Source of the DNA: Macrostomum lignano
Taxonomy: Eukaryota
NCBI GenBank assembly: GCA_002269645.1
Contig: NIVC01003477.1
Span: 1 to 64,000, forward strand
Length of the DNA: 64,000 nt
Direction of reading: 5' to 3'
Positions within the stretch are counted from its first letter, which is position 1. Each line of letters opens with the position of its first letter. Below are positions 46,101 through 56,635 of the stretch, in pieces. The translations under genes were made by a program, and so were the position numbers. The notes below the pieces were generated by a model. The model saw nothing but the letters and a program-made list of their open reading frames with translations, was not told the origin of the DNA and searched no databases.

Positions 46101-49100
46101 AAGAGGTCCTCAATGCGGGGCAGCGGGTAGTGCTCCGGCTTGCTCGCCGCGTTGTATGTCAGCTTGTAGTCTCCGCAAATCCGAACGCTGCCGTCCTTCT
46201 TGACGACCGGCACGATCGGCGCAGCCCAGTCGCTGTGCTTCACGACGGTTATGATGCCACTGGACTCCATGCGCTGCAGTTCGGCGTCGACGCGCTCGCG
46301 CAGCGCGTAGGGGACCGGCCGCGCCTTGAAGAACCTGGGCTGAGCGTCCTCGGAGACTTGAAGCCGCACCTGGCCGTGCCGGAACTCGCCTAGGCCGTCC
46401 TCGAAGACTGGTGCGAACTCCTTGACGATGCTGCCGATGTCTTCGGAGTCGTGGACGGCGTGAACCTGCGCCATGATGCTCGGCCAGTCTAGCCGCAGCT
46501 TGGCCAGCCAGTCGCGGCCGAGCAGGGCCGTGTCGCCGTGCTTGACGATCAGCAGGGGCAACTGCAGCTGCTGACCATCTTGCTGAACGGAGACCAACGC
46601 TTGGCCGAGAGGGCGGAACTGCTCGTCGGTGAAGGTGCGTAGGACAGCAACGGACGGTGACATGGAGAGCCGCGGTAGAAGCATGAGCTGCAGAAACTCG
46701 GGCATCAGAGTGACGGCGGAGCCCGTATCGATGACGAACCGGCATGGCTGGCCATTGACTTGCAGCTGCACCGTCGGACCCGCGTTGCTACCAGCCGGCT
46801 GCACGGCAAAAATCGGCAGCTGCGCGGAGGCTTCCGGTGGTGGTGTCGGTGTCGCTTCTTGTAGAAAATGCAGCTTGGCTGAGCGACAGACCTTGCGAAT
46901 ATGGCCCGTCTTTCCGCACGCGTGGCATTTAGCGTCTCGCAGCTTACACTGCTGGCGACTGTGAGCACCGCCGCAGCTTGCACAGGTGCCACTGCCGGTG
47001 TTGCCGCTGCTGCCGACTCCGCTTCTGCTGTTGTTGCCACCGCCCTTGCGCTGCTGCGAACCTTCGAGCGCTGGCTTGGGTCCTTGGTGCTTATTCAGCT
47101 GGTGAGCGCGCAGCTGGGCTACTTGTGCTGCTGACTTCTGCGCCATCTCCGATGATGACCGCTCCACTGCCTCGAGGGATAGAACTCTCTCCTGCAGCGA
47201 GTTGAAGGTGGGATTTTTCTCCTCCAGCAGCTTCGCTCGGTAGGCATCGCTGTGCAGGCCGAAAACCAGCTGGTCTCGCAGTCGCTCGTCTAGAGTGCCG
47301 CCGAAGTGACAGTGCTCACACGGGGAAGCACTGAAATTGCAGTGACTTGACAAGGCCTTCAGGCTGGCAACAAACTCGGCAAGGCTCTCGCCAGGCTGCT
47401 GCAGGCGTCTTTGGAACCGAAATCTGGCTGCCAACTCGGACGGCTTTGGAGCGTAGTGGTCCTCCAGAATCTTGGTCAGCTGGGCCAGAGACTTGTCGGA
47501 GACCTTGGCAGGTAGACACAGGTTTCTCAATACGGTATATGCCTCCTCACCGATGGCAGTGACGAGTGTGGCCACTTTAGCTTCTTCCTTTACCTCCTTG
47601 CAGGTAAAGTAATGGTCGAGCCGTTCCAGCCAGACCTCAATGTTAGTATTGGCAGTTAGTATTGGAATTCCACCCAGCGCGGAGCTCGTCGCCATTGTAA
47701 TATATTGAAGCTAAAGGCTTGTAGTGAATGCGTAGGAAAGTTGAACGTGGAGAGCCAGTACACACAACCGGGCTCTTATATGACTTGTTTATTCTTATTC
47801 ATCAACCCTAGGACTAAAGAGGGTGGTTGGCCTGACTGCTCAGACCCCACCATGCTAGCCACGCGTAAAACGCAAACAACCCGACGCAGTGCACATGCAC
47901 TGAAACACACTAGCCAATCAGCGCGCACGCAAATACTAACTAACTAAGAATGCACAAAGCATAATATTGCAATAATAAAAATACACTAGCATATCGCCAC
48001 AATGTCACAGTTAGCATTTTTGTTGTGTTTTAGAAGCAGATTTAAGTCGGTTTAGAAGGTGGAAGGATAACAGTCCACAACTGAAGATTTGGAGGGTGGG
48101 GTGGGTGTAGCAGCCCACAACTGAAGATTTGGAGGGTGGGGTGGGTGTAGCAGCCCACAACTGAAGATTTGGAGGGTGGGGTGGGTGTAGCAGCCCACAA
48201 CTGAAGATTTGGAGGGTGAGGTGGGTGTAGCAGCCCACAACTGAAGATTTGGAGGGTGGGGTGGGTGTAGCAGCCCACAACTGAAGATTTGGAGGGTGGG
48301 GTGGGTGTAGCAGCCCACAACTGAAGATTTGGAGGGTGGGGTGGGTGTAGCAGCCCACAACTGAAGATTTGGAGGGTGGGGTGGGTGTAGCAGCCCACAA
48401 CTGAAGATTTGGAGGGTGGGGTGGGTGTAGCAGCCCACAACTGAAGATTTGGAGGGTGAAGGATCGGAGGGTGGGGTGGGTGTAGCAGCCCGCAAATGAA
48501 GGATCGGAGGGTGGGGTGGGTGTAGCAGCCACAACTGAATATTTGGGTGGGGTAGGGTGGGGTGGGGCAGCAGCGAACCGAAAGCACCCTTTGGCTTAAC
48601 ACTTCAGTCGTACTAACAATATTGACATTCCCATTCCAGGTAAACCACGTGTACCAATTCGAGTACGTATCTCAGCACCTGGTGTTCGCCAACTGCATCC
48701 CGCTAGTGCTGAAATTCTTCAATCAGAACATTCTTAGCTACGTAGAATCGAAGAATAACATTTCTCAGTTAGATTTCCCGGCTTGCGTTGTACGCTCGGG
48801 CGAGGACTCGATGCTGACTTCGTCTGGCGCTGGCAGCGGCGCTGTCTCGGCTGTGTCGGCAATGTCCGAAGCCGAGGCTCTGGCCCAGGAGCCCAGCTTT
48901 CCGGGCGATTTCTGCTGGCGCAATTTGTTCAGCTGCGTCAATCTGTTGCGCGTGCTGAACAAGCTGACCAAGTGGAAGCACAGCCGGACCATGATGCTGG
49001 TTGTGTTCAAGTCCGCCCCGATTTTAAAGCGAGCCTTGAAAGTTCGCAATCCGCTGCTGCAGGTGAGCTGTTGTTGGCTCCTGGGAGGGGACGTGGGTTC

Positions 49101-52100
49101 GAATCAAGGACGGCTTAAGTGAAAGCAATCTTTTAGTTGGAAGCAGATCGAATGCTCATCGAGAAGAAATCTATTGATTCGAAAATTATTTTTAACTTTC
49201 CAGACTGTGTTTACTCTTGTGAACGACAGTAATGTCTAAATTAGATGAAATTTTAGCTACAATGCCTTGTATGCCTGCTTAACTCGACTGCAGTGCTTCA
49301 GTTCACCCAGCTGTAAGATGGCTGCCAGCATTAGCTGGGGTGATTGAGGCTGTGTGTGGTGACCCCCCAGTCCTTGGACTGAACAGCCGTACGCAGCCTT
49401 CAGATGCGCCGCGCAATAGCTGCGGCTGAGCTGTAGGTTGCACATTTGCTCATTAGGGCAGGTGTGAATCAGTTATTATATTATTATTATAATCATACGA
49501 AAGGTTCTATTACAGAAAAAATTAAATAATTTTTGTCATTTTTATACGGTTAAAACTTTCAGAAATATTTAGCAAAAAGAAACTGAAAAAATTAACGTCG
49601 TAATAATTAAGAAAACAACATCAAGTCGACTTTCGCTTTGATCTACGGCCTACTGACCAATGCCTCCCTGGGAACTGACTTAGTGAAAACACCTTTCAAG
49701 TTCACGTCAAAGAAAAAGTGACTCGGAAACGCTTTGAAAGAAACTAAGCCACTGGTTTGGGGGACTGATAATTAACAAATTTTAAATTTGAGCTTGCTGC
49801 AGGATCTTAAATATTTAGTTTGCCGAAAACTTTATCGCTCAGGATAGATGAGTATATATAGTTGGTTATGTAAGTAACAAACTGCGAAGCTATGATTAGC
49901 AGCAAGTCGAATTTGGTAGTAGCAATCAACTTCTAGATGCAAAAAATGCAACTATCTGCTTGTTAGAATGTTCTCTGCAATCAAACAGCCGAGTAGTCAA
50001 TGCTCAATTCAGCGCGAGAACTTTTCCCAGTTGGCGTCAGTCTCGATTGCAGCTTCAACAGCCGCGTCTCCGTGTAGAATCTGCCGACAAGCCGATGTAG
50101 CCTTGTTGAATAAGACAGACTTGCAGACTGGATTGTTGGCGCATAGAAAGGCGCAATGAATCTCACTATGAACAGTCAGTTGCTCGCCAATGCATTTGAA
50201 CGGTGAAACTTCTGGCGGCTTGTTCGTAGGCAGGTCGATCTTGGAAAATACAGTCTTGCTGCTGTAGCCCTGCAGTCCTGGCTCGCAGATGAAGCCATAT
50301 TTGGTGCTGCAAATGCCGTCGCAGAGTCTCAGTGGCGAGAAACTATTTTGGCCTAGTAATATCAGACAGTCATCAGTGCTGTCTTTATTGTCTGGCCTTC
50401 CAGTATACCAAAAGTCATTGTTGACAGGCAGCTCTCCATCGTCAGTGCTTATCCAACCAGCCCTAGACTGACCGGTCTCTTTCAACATGTCAGTGAAGCC
50501 TAAATGGTATCTTTCAATGTTGCCGCGTGGACCTAGTTTAGGCTGCAATGCGATTAGAGTGCTTACAGTGCTCAACAACCGGCCGCCAATTAAGTTGCAG
50601 AAGGCTTGAGCATCGCACCAGTTCAAATTTTTATTGCCAGATTGTAGCGGCTTGATGTACAGACAGAATCCATTCTGCATAGTGAAGTTTGCTGGGCAAC
50701 TAGTTGCAAAAGACGCCTGCACGATAATAAGTTGGAAACTCAGGAGGTTGAGTAGACTGCTCAGCAAAGACGCGTCGACTTTGACGAGCATGACGATTCA
50801 CTTGGTAGATTACGTCGTATTTCTGAGCTTGCTTGGGTGAAAACCGAACGTTGGATGTAGTTAACTGTTTTTTGAAGACTTGAGCATATCTAAATAACAG
50901 TCCGTATGCAATATGAGAAAATTTGCCAAATGCTATCCGCTTTGTCTGTATTATTTGAAGAAAATCAAGCTGTTTCTAGAGCATAAAACTGAAGACAATG
51001 ATTGACAGCAAGAAAAAAGCCATGACACAATGGCTGTTGTTAATTGGCTATTTTATCTGTGAAACCTGTATTCTGACATTGTCAATGTTTGCCAATTAAG
51101 TATACAGTAGTTTGGATATCTACACGTTTATAATGCTTGCTACAAAAACGACTGCTTGTTAAAATTCAAAGAAATATGGGAACGCCTACAGATGTATCAA
51201 ACAGCAGAGCTAAAAGCACAATCGTTTGGCTGCAATGTAACCTATTGTAAGAGGATCAAGCCGCATATTAAAATTAAATACGAAAATTTAAAAACCTTGA
51301 AGGTACATTTGCCAAATAACCAGGATGAAAAATTACCCTAAACGACTCTTCTCGCTTCTTGGACCATATGAAATATTTAATAATCGATTAAACGAACTTA
51401 CCAATGTCCGATCTGTACGGCCTTTGCAGTAAATGTGCTTGCTTTACGGGTTATGTGAAACCATAAATTCTGCACTATGAATAGTGTTAATGGTGTTAAT
51501 TGTTATCGGACCGATGATAAATTAAAACAGCCTTTTAGAGGAATATGATACTTCCGAAACGCATGCGTTAGTCGAAAAATTCAGGCTAAAACAGAAAACT
51601 TTTGAAAAATCATGGAGCTACGAGTATAGATCGATCGAATAAAAAATAGTTGCTCTAGGAATACAGTAACCTGCTAAAATGACAAGCAAGCAATTTAAAA
51701 CAATCTAAGAATTGAAACAGGGAGATACAACAAGGGTCAAATGTAAGCGTTATTGCAATACTAATGTGAAAAATGCTTTCCTAATAACTGCCCACATCAG
51801 GTTGGACAGCTATAGGTCTCAGCTTAAGAAAATTTGTCCCAACATAATGATTCAACATAGCATTAACAGTTCTCTACAATTTTAATCAAGGTGTACGCAC
51901 TGAAGCTGATCAAAGCGCAGACAAAGTACATGGGCCGGCAGTGGCGCAAGATTAACATGACAACAATGTCGGCAATTTATGAGAAAGTCCGACATCGCCT
52001 AACAGACGATTGGGCGTTTGCCAACGATCTGGATGCTAGGCCGTGGGATTTTCAAGCCGAAGAATGCTCATTGCGCAGCGCCGTAGATCGGTTCAATCAG

Positions 52101-52298
52101 CGCAGGTACTCGGCAACTGGGCCGGCGGCCACTTTGCCAGACACCCTGGCCCCGGTTGACAACAATGTTAGCAGCGTGTTGAGCACCCAGGTGACTTTGA
52201 CAGATCATTTCAAGAGGAATTATCAGCACTGGCTTGAGCAGGAGGTGTTCTCCGCGCCTATTAATTGGGACCTAGTGTTGAGCTCTATGCGTACCTGA
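37161..52298 (+). CDS. STRIP: Striatin-interacting protein (FAM40/STRIP1/2 family, STRIPAK), 7 exons, ~945 aa
   Basis: Exons 37161..37992, 38745..38956, 39832..40165, 40489..40838, 43069..43347, 48640..49062 and 51891..52298; phases match. Motifs [153 protein letters not shown]. Confidence 0.95.
38080..38690. repeat. ~23-24 bp minisatellite in STRIP intron 1 (CTGAAAATCGCCCCTGAACTTAC(C/T))
   Basis: Direct reading; degenerates 3'. Confidence 0.93.
39140..39725. repeat. 23-bp minisatellite in STRIP intron 2 (CCACCCACCTCTGCCCTAATTAG)
   Basis: Direct reading. Confidence 0.94.
40200..40470. repeat. 33-bp minisatellite filling STRIP intron 3 (ACAATGAGCAGTCAGAATGACTAGATTTCCTTG)
   Basis: Direct reading; runs up to the acceptor pyrimidine tract. 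Confidence 0.92.
40971..42965. repeat. 15-bp satellite in STRIP intron 4 (GGCTTTAGCACCAGG), ~130 units with variant blocks
   Basis: Direct reading; explains the GALAP, STRGF and LVLKP ORFs. Confidence 0.97.
43357..48009 (-). mobile_element. Full-length Ty3/Gypsy LTR retrotransposon (Mag-like), 4653 bp, antisense in STRIP intron 5
   Basis: LTRs at 43357..43670 and 47696..48009 (314 bp, TG..CA, no difference found by eye). 5-bp TSD GTTAG at 43352-43356 and 48010-48014. PBS TGGCGACGAG at 47694..47685; PPT AGGGGGGAAG at 43680..43671; one intact ORF. Confidence 0.97.
43697..47695 (-). CDS. Gag-Pol polyprotein, 1332 aa (gag, 2 Zn knuckles, protease, RT, RNase H, integrase)
   Basis: Zn knuckles [13 protein letters not shown] and [14 protein letters not shown]; protease VIDTGS; [34 protein letters not shown] and FVDDILV; RNase [10 protein letters not shown]; integrase HQAHPG...CRTC, HIDFAGP, SDNGPQF and NGQAER. 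Domain order PR-RT-RH-IN indicates Gypsy. Confidence 0.97.
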   Translation of the reverse strand: MATSSALGGIPILTANTNIEVWLERLDHYFTCKEVKEEAKVATLVTAIGEEAYTVLRNLCLPAKVSDKSLAQLTKILEDHYAPKPSELAARFRFQRRLQQPGESLAEFVASLKALSSHCNFSASPCEHCHFGGTLDERLRDQLVFGLHSDAYRAKLLEEKNPTFNSLQERVLSLEAVERSSSEMAQKSAAQVAQLRAHQLNKHQGPKPALEGSQQRKGGGNNSRSGVGSSGNTGSGTCASCGGAHSRQQCKLRDAKCHACGKTGHIRKVCRSAKLHFLQEATPTPPPEASAQLPIFAVQPAGSNAGPTVQLQVNGQPCRFVIDTGSAVTLMPEFLQLMLLPRLSMSPSVAVLRTFTDEQFRPLGQALVSVQQDGQQLQLPLLIVKHGDTALLGRDWLAKLRLDWPSIMAQVHAVHDSEDIGSIVKEFAPVFEDGLGEFRHGQVRLQVSEDAQPRFFKARPVPYALRERVDAELQRMESSGIITVVKHSDWAAPIVPVVKKDGSVRICGDYKLTYNAASKPEHYPLPRIEDLFAKLGGGCKWTKLDLSNAFLQLPLADDSKAFLTINTPRGLFQVNRLPFGITSASAIFQRTLDTLLGDLDAVQVFVDDILVTGSTLQQHKRNLALVLRRLKDAGLRLNKEKCKFFEDSVEYLGHRIDASGLKPLPDRVAAVQDAPAPKDVSQLRSFLGMLAQYCKFLPNLSTVLAPLHQLLAKNTRWSWGPPQQQAFAEAKRLLLESPVLVHYNPNLPLRLECDASPYGLGVVLTHRIDDKDCAVAFASRSLTAAQRGYSQLDKEALAIMFGLHRFHQFLYGRRFTIVTDHLPLLGLLGERKGIPAHAAARMQRWAIRLSSYDYTLEFRPTEKHANCDSLSRLPLPHLFEEEPAVNSLLLDEGSGSAITALAVARHTRTDVSLGRVLRCLQTGAPIGDDLSDFARRQSELSVDQDCVLWGARVVVPTALRRRVIQELHQAHPGISRMRALARSYVWWPGLDGDLEAAAKSCRTCQLNQPDPPKAPVQPWPLPSEPWERLHIDFAGPVDGHTYLVVVDAHSKWPEVQRMRGTTSAATIAALREMFARQGIPRTLVSDNGPQFASAEFAEFTRANGIRHVFSAPFHPATNGQAERFVQVLKRHLLKSGHSDVELQRLLLSYRNTPHSISGAAPSQLLIGRRLRCRLDLLAPSLADDVQRRQERQLQGRRPAREFQPGDHVLLRDYSAGARAGDTPRWAEGVVTGAGSRNYTVDSERGQHFRHADQLVAARADSADTVHPPPATDDGAAPSDSGVQSADAAAVADTACGASSGTDDEHASGVRHEPGTTRRYPLRVRGPPQRLQL
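48065..48570. repeat. 40-bp G-rich minisatellite in STRIP intron 5 (CTGAAGATTTGGAGGGTGGGGTGGGTGTAGCAGCCCACAA)
   Basis: Direct reading. Confidence 0.95.
49270..49495 (+). mobile_element. 5'-truncated copy of the CORE-like SINE with (ATT)n tail
   Basis: GCTTCAGTTCACCCAGCTGTAAGATGG...GGACTGAACAGCCG...GGGCAGGTGT followed by TTATTATATTATTATTAT. Confidence 0.82.
50009..50791 (-). CDS. Secreted C-type lectin-like + PAN/apple domain protein, intronless, nested antisense in STRIP intron 6 (260 aa)
   Basis: Hydrophobic N-terminus. CTLD pattern CP.NF....GFCL...[10 protein letters not shown]...GGRL...HLGFTD...WYTGRPDN...DDC...LCDG.C...YGFICE. PAN pattern [25 protein letters not shown]. Confidence 0.88.
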   Translation of the reverse strand: MLVKVDASLLSSLLNLLSFQLIIVQASFATSCPANFTMQNGFCLYIKPLQSGNKNLNWCDAQAFCNLIGGRLLSTVSTLIALQPKLGPRGNIERYHLGFTDMLKETGQSRAGWISTDDGELPVNNDFWYTGRPDNKDSTDDCLILLGQNSFSPLRLCDGICSTKYGFICEPGLQGYSSKTVFSKIDLPTNKPPEVSPFKCIGEQLTVHSEIHCAFLCANNPVCKSVLFNKATSACRQILHGDAAVEAAIETDANWEKFSR

Positions 52299-53225
52299 TG
52301 TCGAGGACTTCTAGTATTTTGTTTATAGTTGAATTATTCAGACTGCACTGGCTTATTTGTTTATTTTTTATGTATCATAGTAATGCTATGCTGTAGCGTA
52401 AATCGCGTTGTTGACTAATCAATTTTTGTATCAAATGTGGAGTTAACTTTAGCTAATCATTATATAAAGCATGTTTTGGAGGGTTAAATACGGAGTAGTT
52501 AAATAGAAAGCATGAAAGCATTAGTAGTAGTGTATGCTTGTATCTGACAAGTTTAGGTTTACAAAAACAAATTTGTTTATTAAAAATTTACAAGCGTTAT
52601 ATATTAGTTTGCTAGGATTTTGAGTAAATTCCATGCCTGTGCTGACTAACCGCTTATAATAACTGTTCACTTATTCAAATGCGTGCCTCTTGAACTTCGC
52701 TTATTTATATTTGCGCGACCGTCAAATAATTCAAGTGCTTCTCAATAACTTATTAATAATACAAGCTCCTAGTTTTGTTTTCATTTTTTTCTGTTTCATC
52801 ACGCTTTTTTTAATTTGTACGTTTCAATGCTAAAATGCGCTGTATTCTACTATACAGTAGTGAGAAATTGCTATATAGAGAGTGCAAGTGTAATATTGGT
52901 GAATTAGTTCTATGATAATCTATCACCTCTCGCGTGCATGCTGGCTAATAAATATTTATACAAACCCGCTGTCCTCTAAATTTTATTTCACCATTGAATT
53001 CAGTTTGCAAATAAAATGTCGTCTTCGGTTTATTTAGATTTTTTATGTTTATGGGGTTCATAGTAGGAATTATAGATTTTTCTATTGCAATGGAACTTTT
53101 TTAAATAAGACGAGAACTTCAGGTGGACCATTTTTGAACTTTTGTGACCCACCAGGCTTCAGGGATCTTAGGCCTAGGAGATGCATTCAGGGCTAAGGTG
53201 CCAGGCGCTCATCGTGCTCAAGCTG

Positions 53226-54172
<947 letters not shown>

Positions 54173-54179
54173 TTCAATT

Positions 54180-54282
54180 AACACAGCAACAACACTAACA
54201 ACAGCACTACAACATCAGCAGCAACATTAATAGCAGCAACAACATTAACAACAACATTAACAGCAGCAACAACAACAACAAT
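54180..54282. repeat. Degenerate (AAC/AGC)n trinucleotide tract
   Basis: Direct reading. Confidence 0.8.
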
Positions 54283-54423
54283 TTTAGTTTGTCTTTATTT
54301 AGCTACTTTGAGTAGAAACCTAAGTAAATTTTAGTTTTTTGCATGTTTTATTTCAAAAAAAGCATTTTTCGATTTTTTAATGCATGCTATCATATTAACA
54401 AACAAACAAAGCTTGCAGTCAGC

Positions 54424-54738
54424 ATGGGTGGAGACTCTCACGGTCACGGTCACGGTACTAAATGGATACCACCAGATTGGCGCCAATACAAAATCCAAGA
54501 CGCGCCCAGAGTTCAACAGCACGTTGACAGGCTAGCCGCCATAGGCCTGAAAGATCCTTGGGCTCGCAACGAAGTTTGGCGCTATCACTCCGAGTTTTAT
54601 AAGCCGCCAAATCGTTGGATTATGTGGTTAATCACCCGCGGTGCTCCCTACGGCATCGCCGCCTTTGGCACTGTCATCGTATTGGAGAAATTGTACGGCT
54701 ATGTGAATAGAAAGCACGGGCACGATGGGCATCACTAA
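54424..54738 (+). CDS. NDUFB3: NADH:ubiquinone oxidoreductase subunit B3 (B12), single coding exon, 104 aa
   Basis: His-rich N-terminus MGGDSHGHGHG, PDWRQYK, signature LAAIGLKDPWARNEVWRY, one TM helix, His-rich C-terminus. ATG at 54424 rather than the TTG start in the ORF track. Confidence 0.93.
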   Translation: MGGDSHGHGHGTKWIPPDWRQYKIQDAPRVQQHVDRLAAIGLKDPWARNEVWRYHSEFYKPPNRWIMWLITRGAPYGIAAFGTVIVLEKLYGYVNRKHGHDGHH

Positions 54739-55189
54739 GCATTGATTGTGTCGTTTTCGGATTCTGTTGGTCTGCTGTAAATTTGAGTAGTTAATCTATA
54801 TTTAACTAATTTTAGATTGACAAACAAATAACAACAGAAAAACTCGAGCTAATACTACTTACTTAGATCGGTAATAGTAGTAGTAGTAGTTTAGTAAAAA
54901 AAGTGTCTCCTTTGTTAGCTTTTTAAATTTCACAACAATATACGAGCTATATATAATATGCTATAGAAGAGACTAGTGCAGTCAATTTAGCAGTTTTCTT
55001 TAAGCCTTACAAACTGTTTTGTGTTTCTTATTTATTGCTTTGGATCTTATTTCCATCGTTTAGAATTCTCAGTGGCAGATTATGGAATAGATTTTTTTCG
55101 AAGCCATCATATAGCCTTTTCTAGTTCTCCCATGGATTCCTTATGCTTTCCTATGGTCCCCTATAAATTTAGATGGTGTCTCCTATAAA

Positions 55190-56350
55190 TTCCTATGAAT
55201 CCATATAGTCTCCTATGGGTCCCTATATGGTCTCCTATGAATGCATATAGTCTCCTATGGGTTCCTATGGTCTCCTATGAATCCATATAGTCTCCTATGG
55301 GTTCCTATGGTCTCCTATGAATCCATATAGTCTCCTATGGGTTCCTATGGTCTCCTATGAATCCATATAGTCTCCTATGGGTTCCTATGGTCTCCTATGA
55401 ATCCATATAGTCTCCTATGGGTTCCTATGGTCTCCTATGAATCCATATAGTCTCCTATGGGTTCCTATGGTCTCCTATGAATCCATATAGTCTCCTATGG
55501 GTTCCTATGGTCTCCTATGAATCCATATAGTCTCCTATGGGTTCCTATGGTCTCCTATGAATCCATATAGCCTTCTATGGGTTCCTATGGTCTCCTATGA
55601 ATCCATATAGTCTCCTATGGGTTCCTATGGTCTCCTATGAATCCATATAGTCTCCTATGGGTTCCTATGGTCTCCTATGAATCCATATAGTCTCCTATGG
55701 GTTCCTATGGTCTCCTATGAATCCATATAGTCTCCTGTGGGTTCCTATGGTCTCCTATGAATCCATATAGTCTCCTATGGGTTCCTATGGTCTCCTATGA
55801 ATCCATATAGTCTCCTATGGGTTCCTATGGTATCCTATGAATCCATATAGTCTCCTATGGGTTCCTATGGTCTCCTATGAATCCATATAGTCTCCTATGG
55901 GTTCCTATGGTCTCCTATGAATCCATATAGTGTCCTATGGGTTCCTATGGTCTCCTATGAATTCATATAGTCTCCTGTGGGTTCCTATGGTCTCCTATGA
56001 ATCCATATAGTGTCCTATGGGTTCCTATGGTCTCCTATGAATCCATATAGTGTCCTATGGGTTCCTATGGTCTCCTATGAATCCATATAGTCTCCTGTGG
56101 GTTCCTATGGTCTCCTATGAATCTATATAGTCTCCTGTGGGTTCCTATGGTCTCCTATGAATCTATATAGTCTCCTGTGGGTTCCTATGGTCTCCTATGA
56201 ATCTATATAGTCTCCTGTGGGTTCCTATGGTCTCCTATGAATCCATATAGCCTTCTATGGGTTCCTATAGTCTCCTATGAATCCATATAGTCTCCTATGG
56301 GTTACTATGGTCTCCTATGAATCCATATAGTCTCCTATGGGTTCCTATGG
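55190..56350. repeat. 40-bp intergenic minisatellite (ATCCATATAGTCTCCTATGGGTTCCTATGGTCTCCTATGA), ~29 units
   Basis: Direct reading; built from four related 10-mers and degenerates to ~56470. Confidence 0.97.
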
Positions 56351-56635
56351 TCTCTTATGGATTCTTATGATCTCGTGTGGATTCCTATAGTCTTTTATGG
56401 ATTCTTTTTTATTCCTTTGGACTTCTACAAACTCCTACAGACTCCTATGGATTCTTGTGGTCTCTTTTTGTCTCTTATGGAGTGTTATAGATCCGTGTGG
56501 ATTTCTCATTCAGCCGTCTTTGAAAATTAAAGTTTCAAATGTTGCTAGTCTCATGGTGGTTTTTATATAAATAACTAACTTCGAATTTGCAGCTCTGTCG
56601 TTAGTTGGACTCACAGAATTTTTGTTTTTGTCGTC

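Noticed and set aside
43732-47562. Many overlapping 60-316 aa ORFs on both strands
   Set aside because: Shadow ORFs of the GC-rich gag-pol gene.
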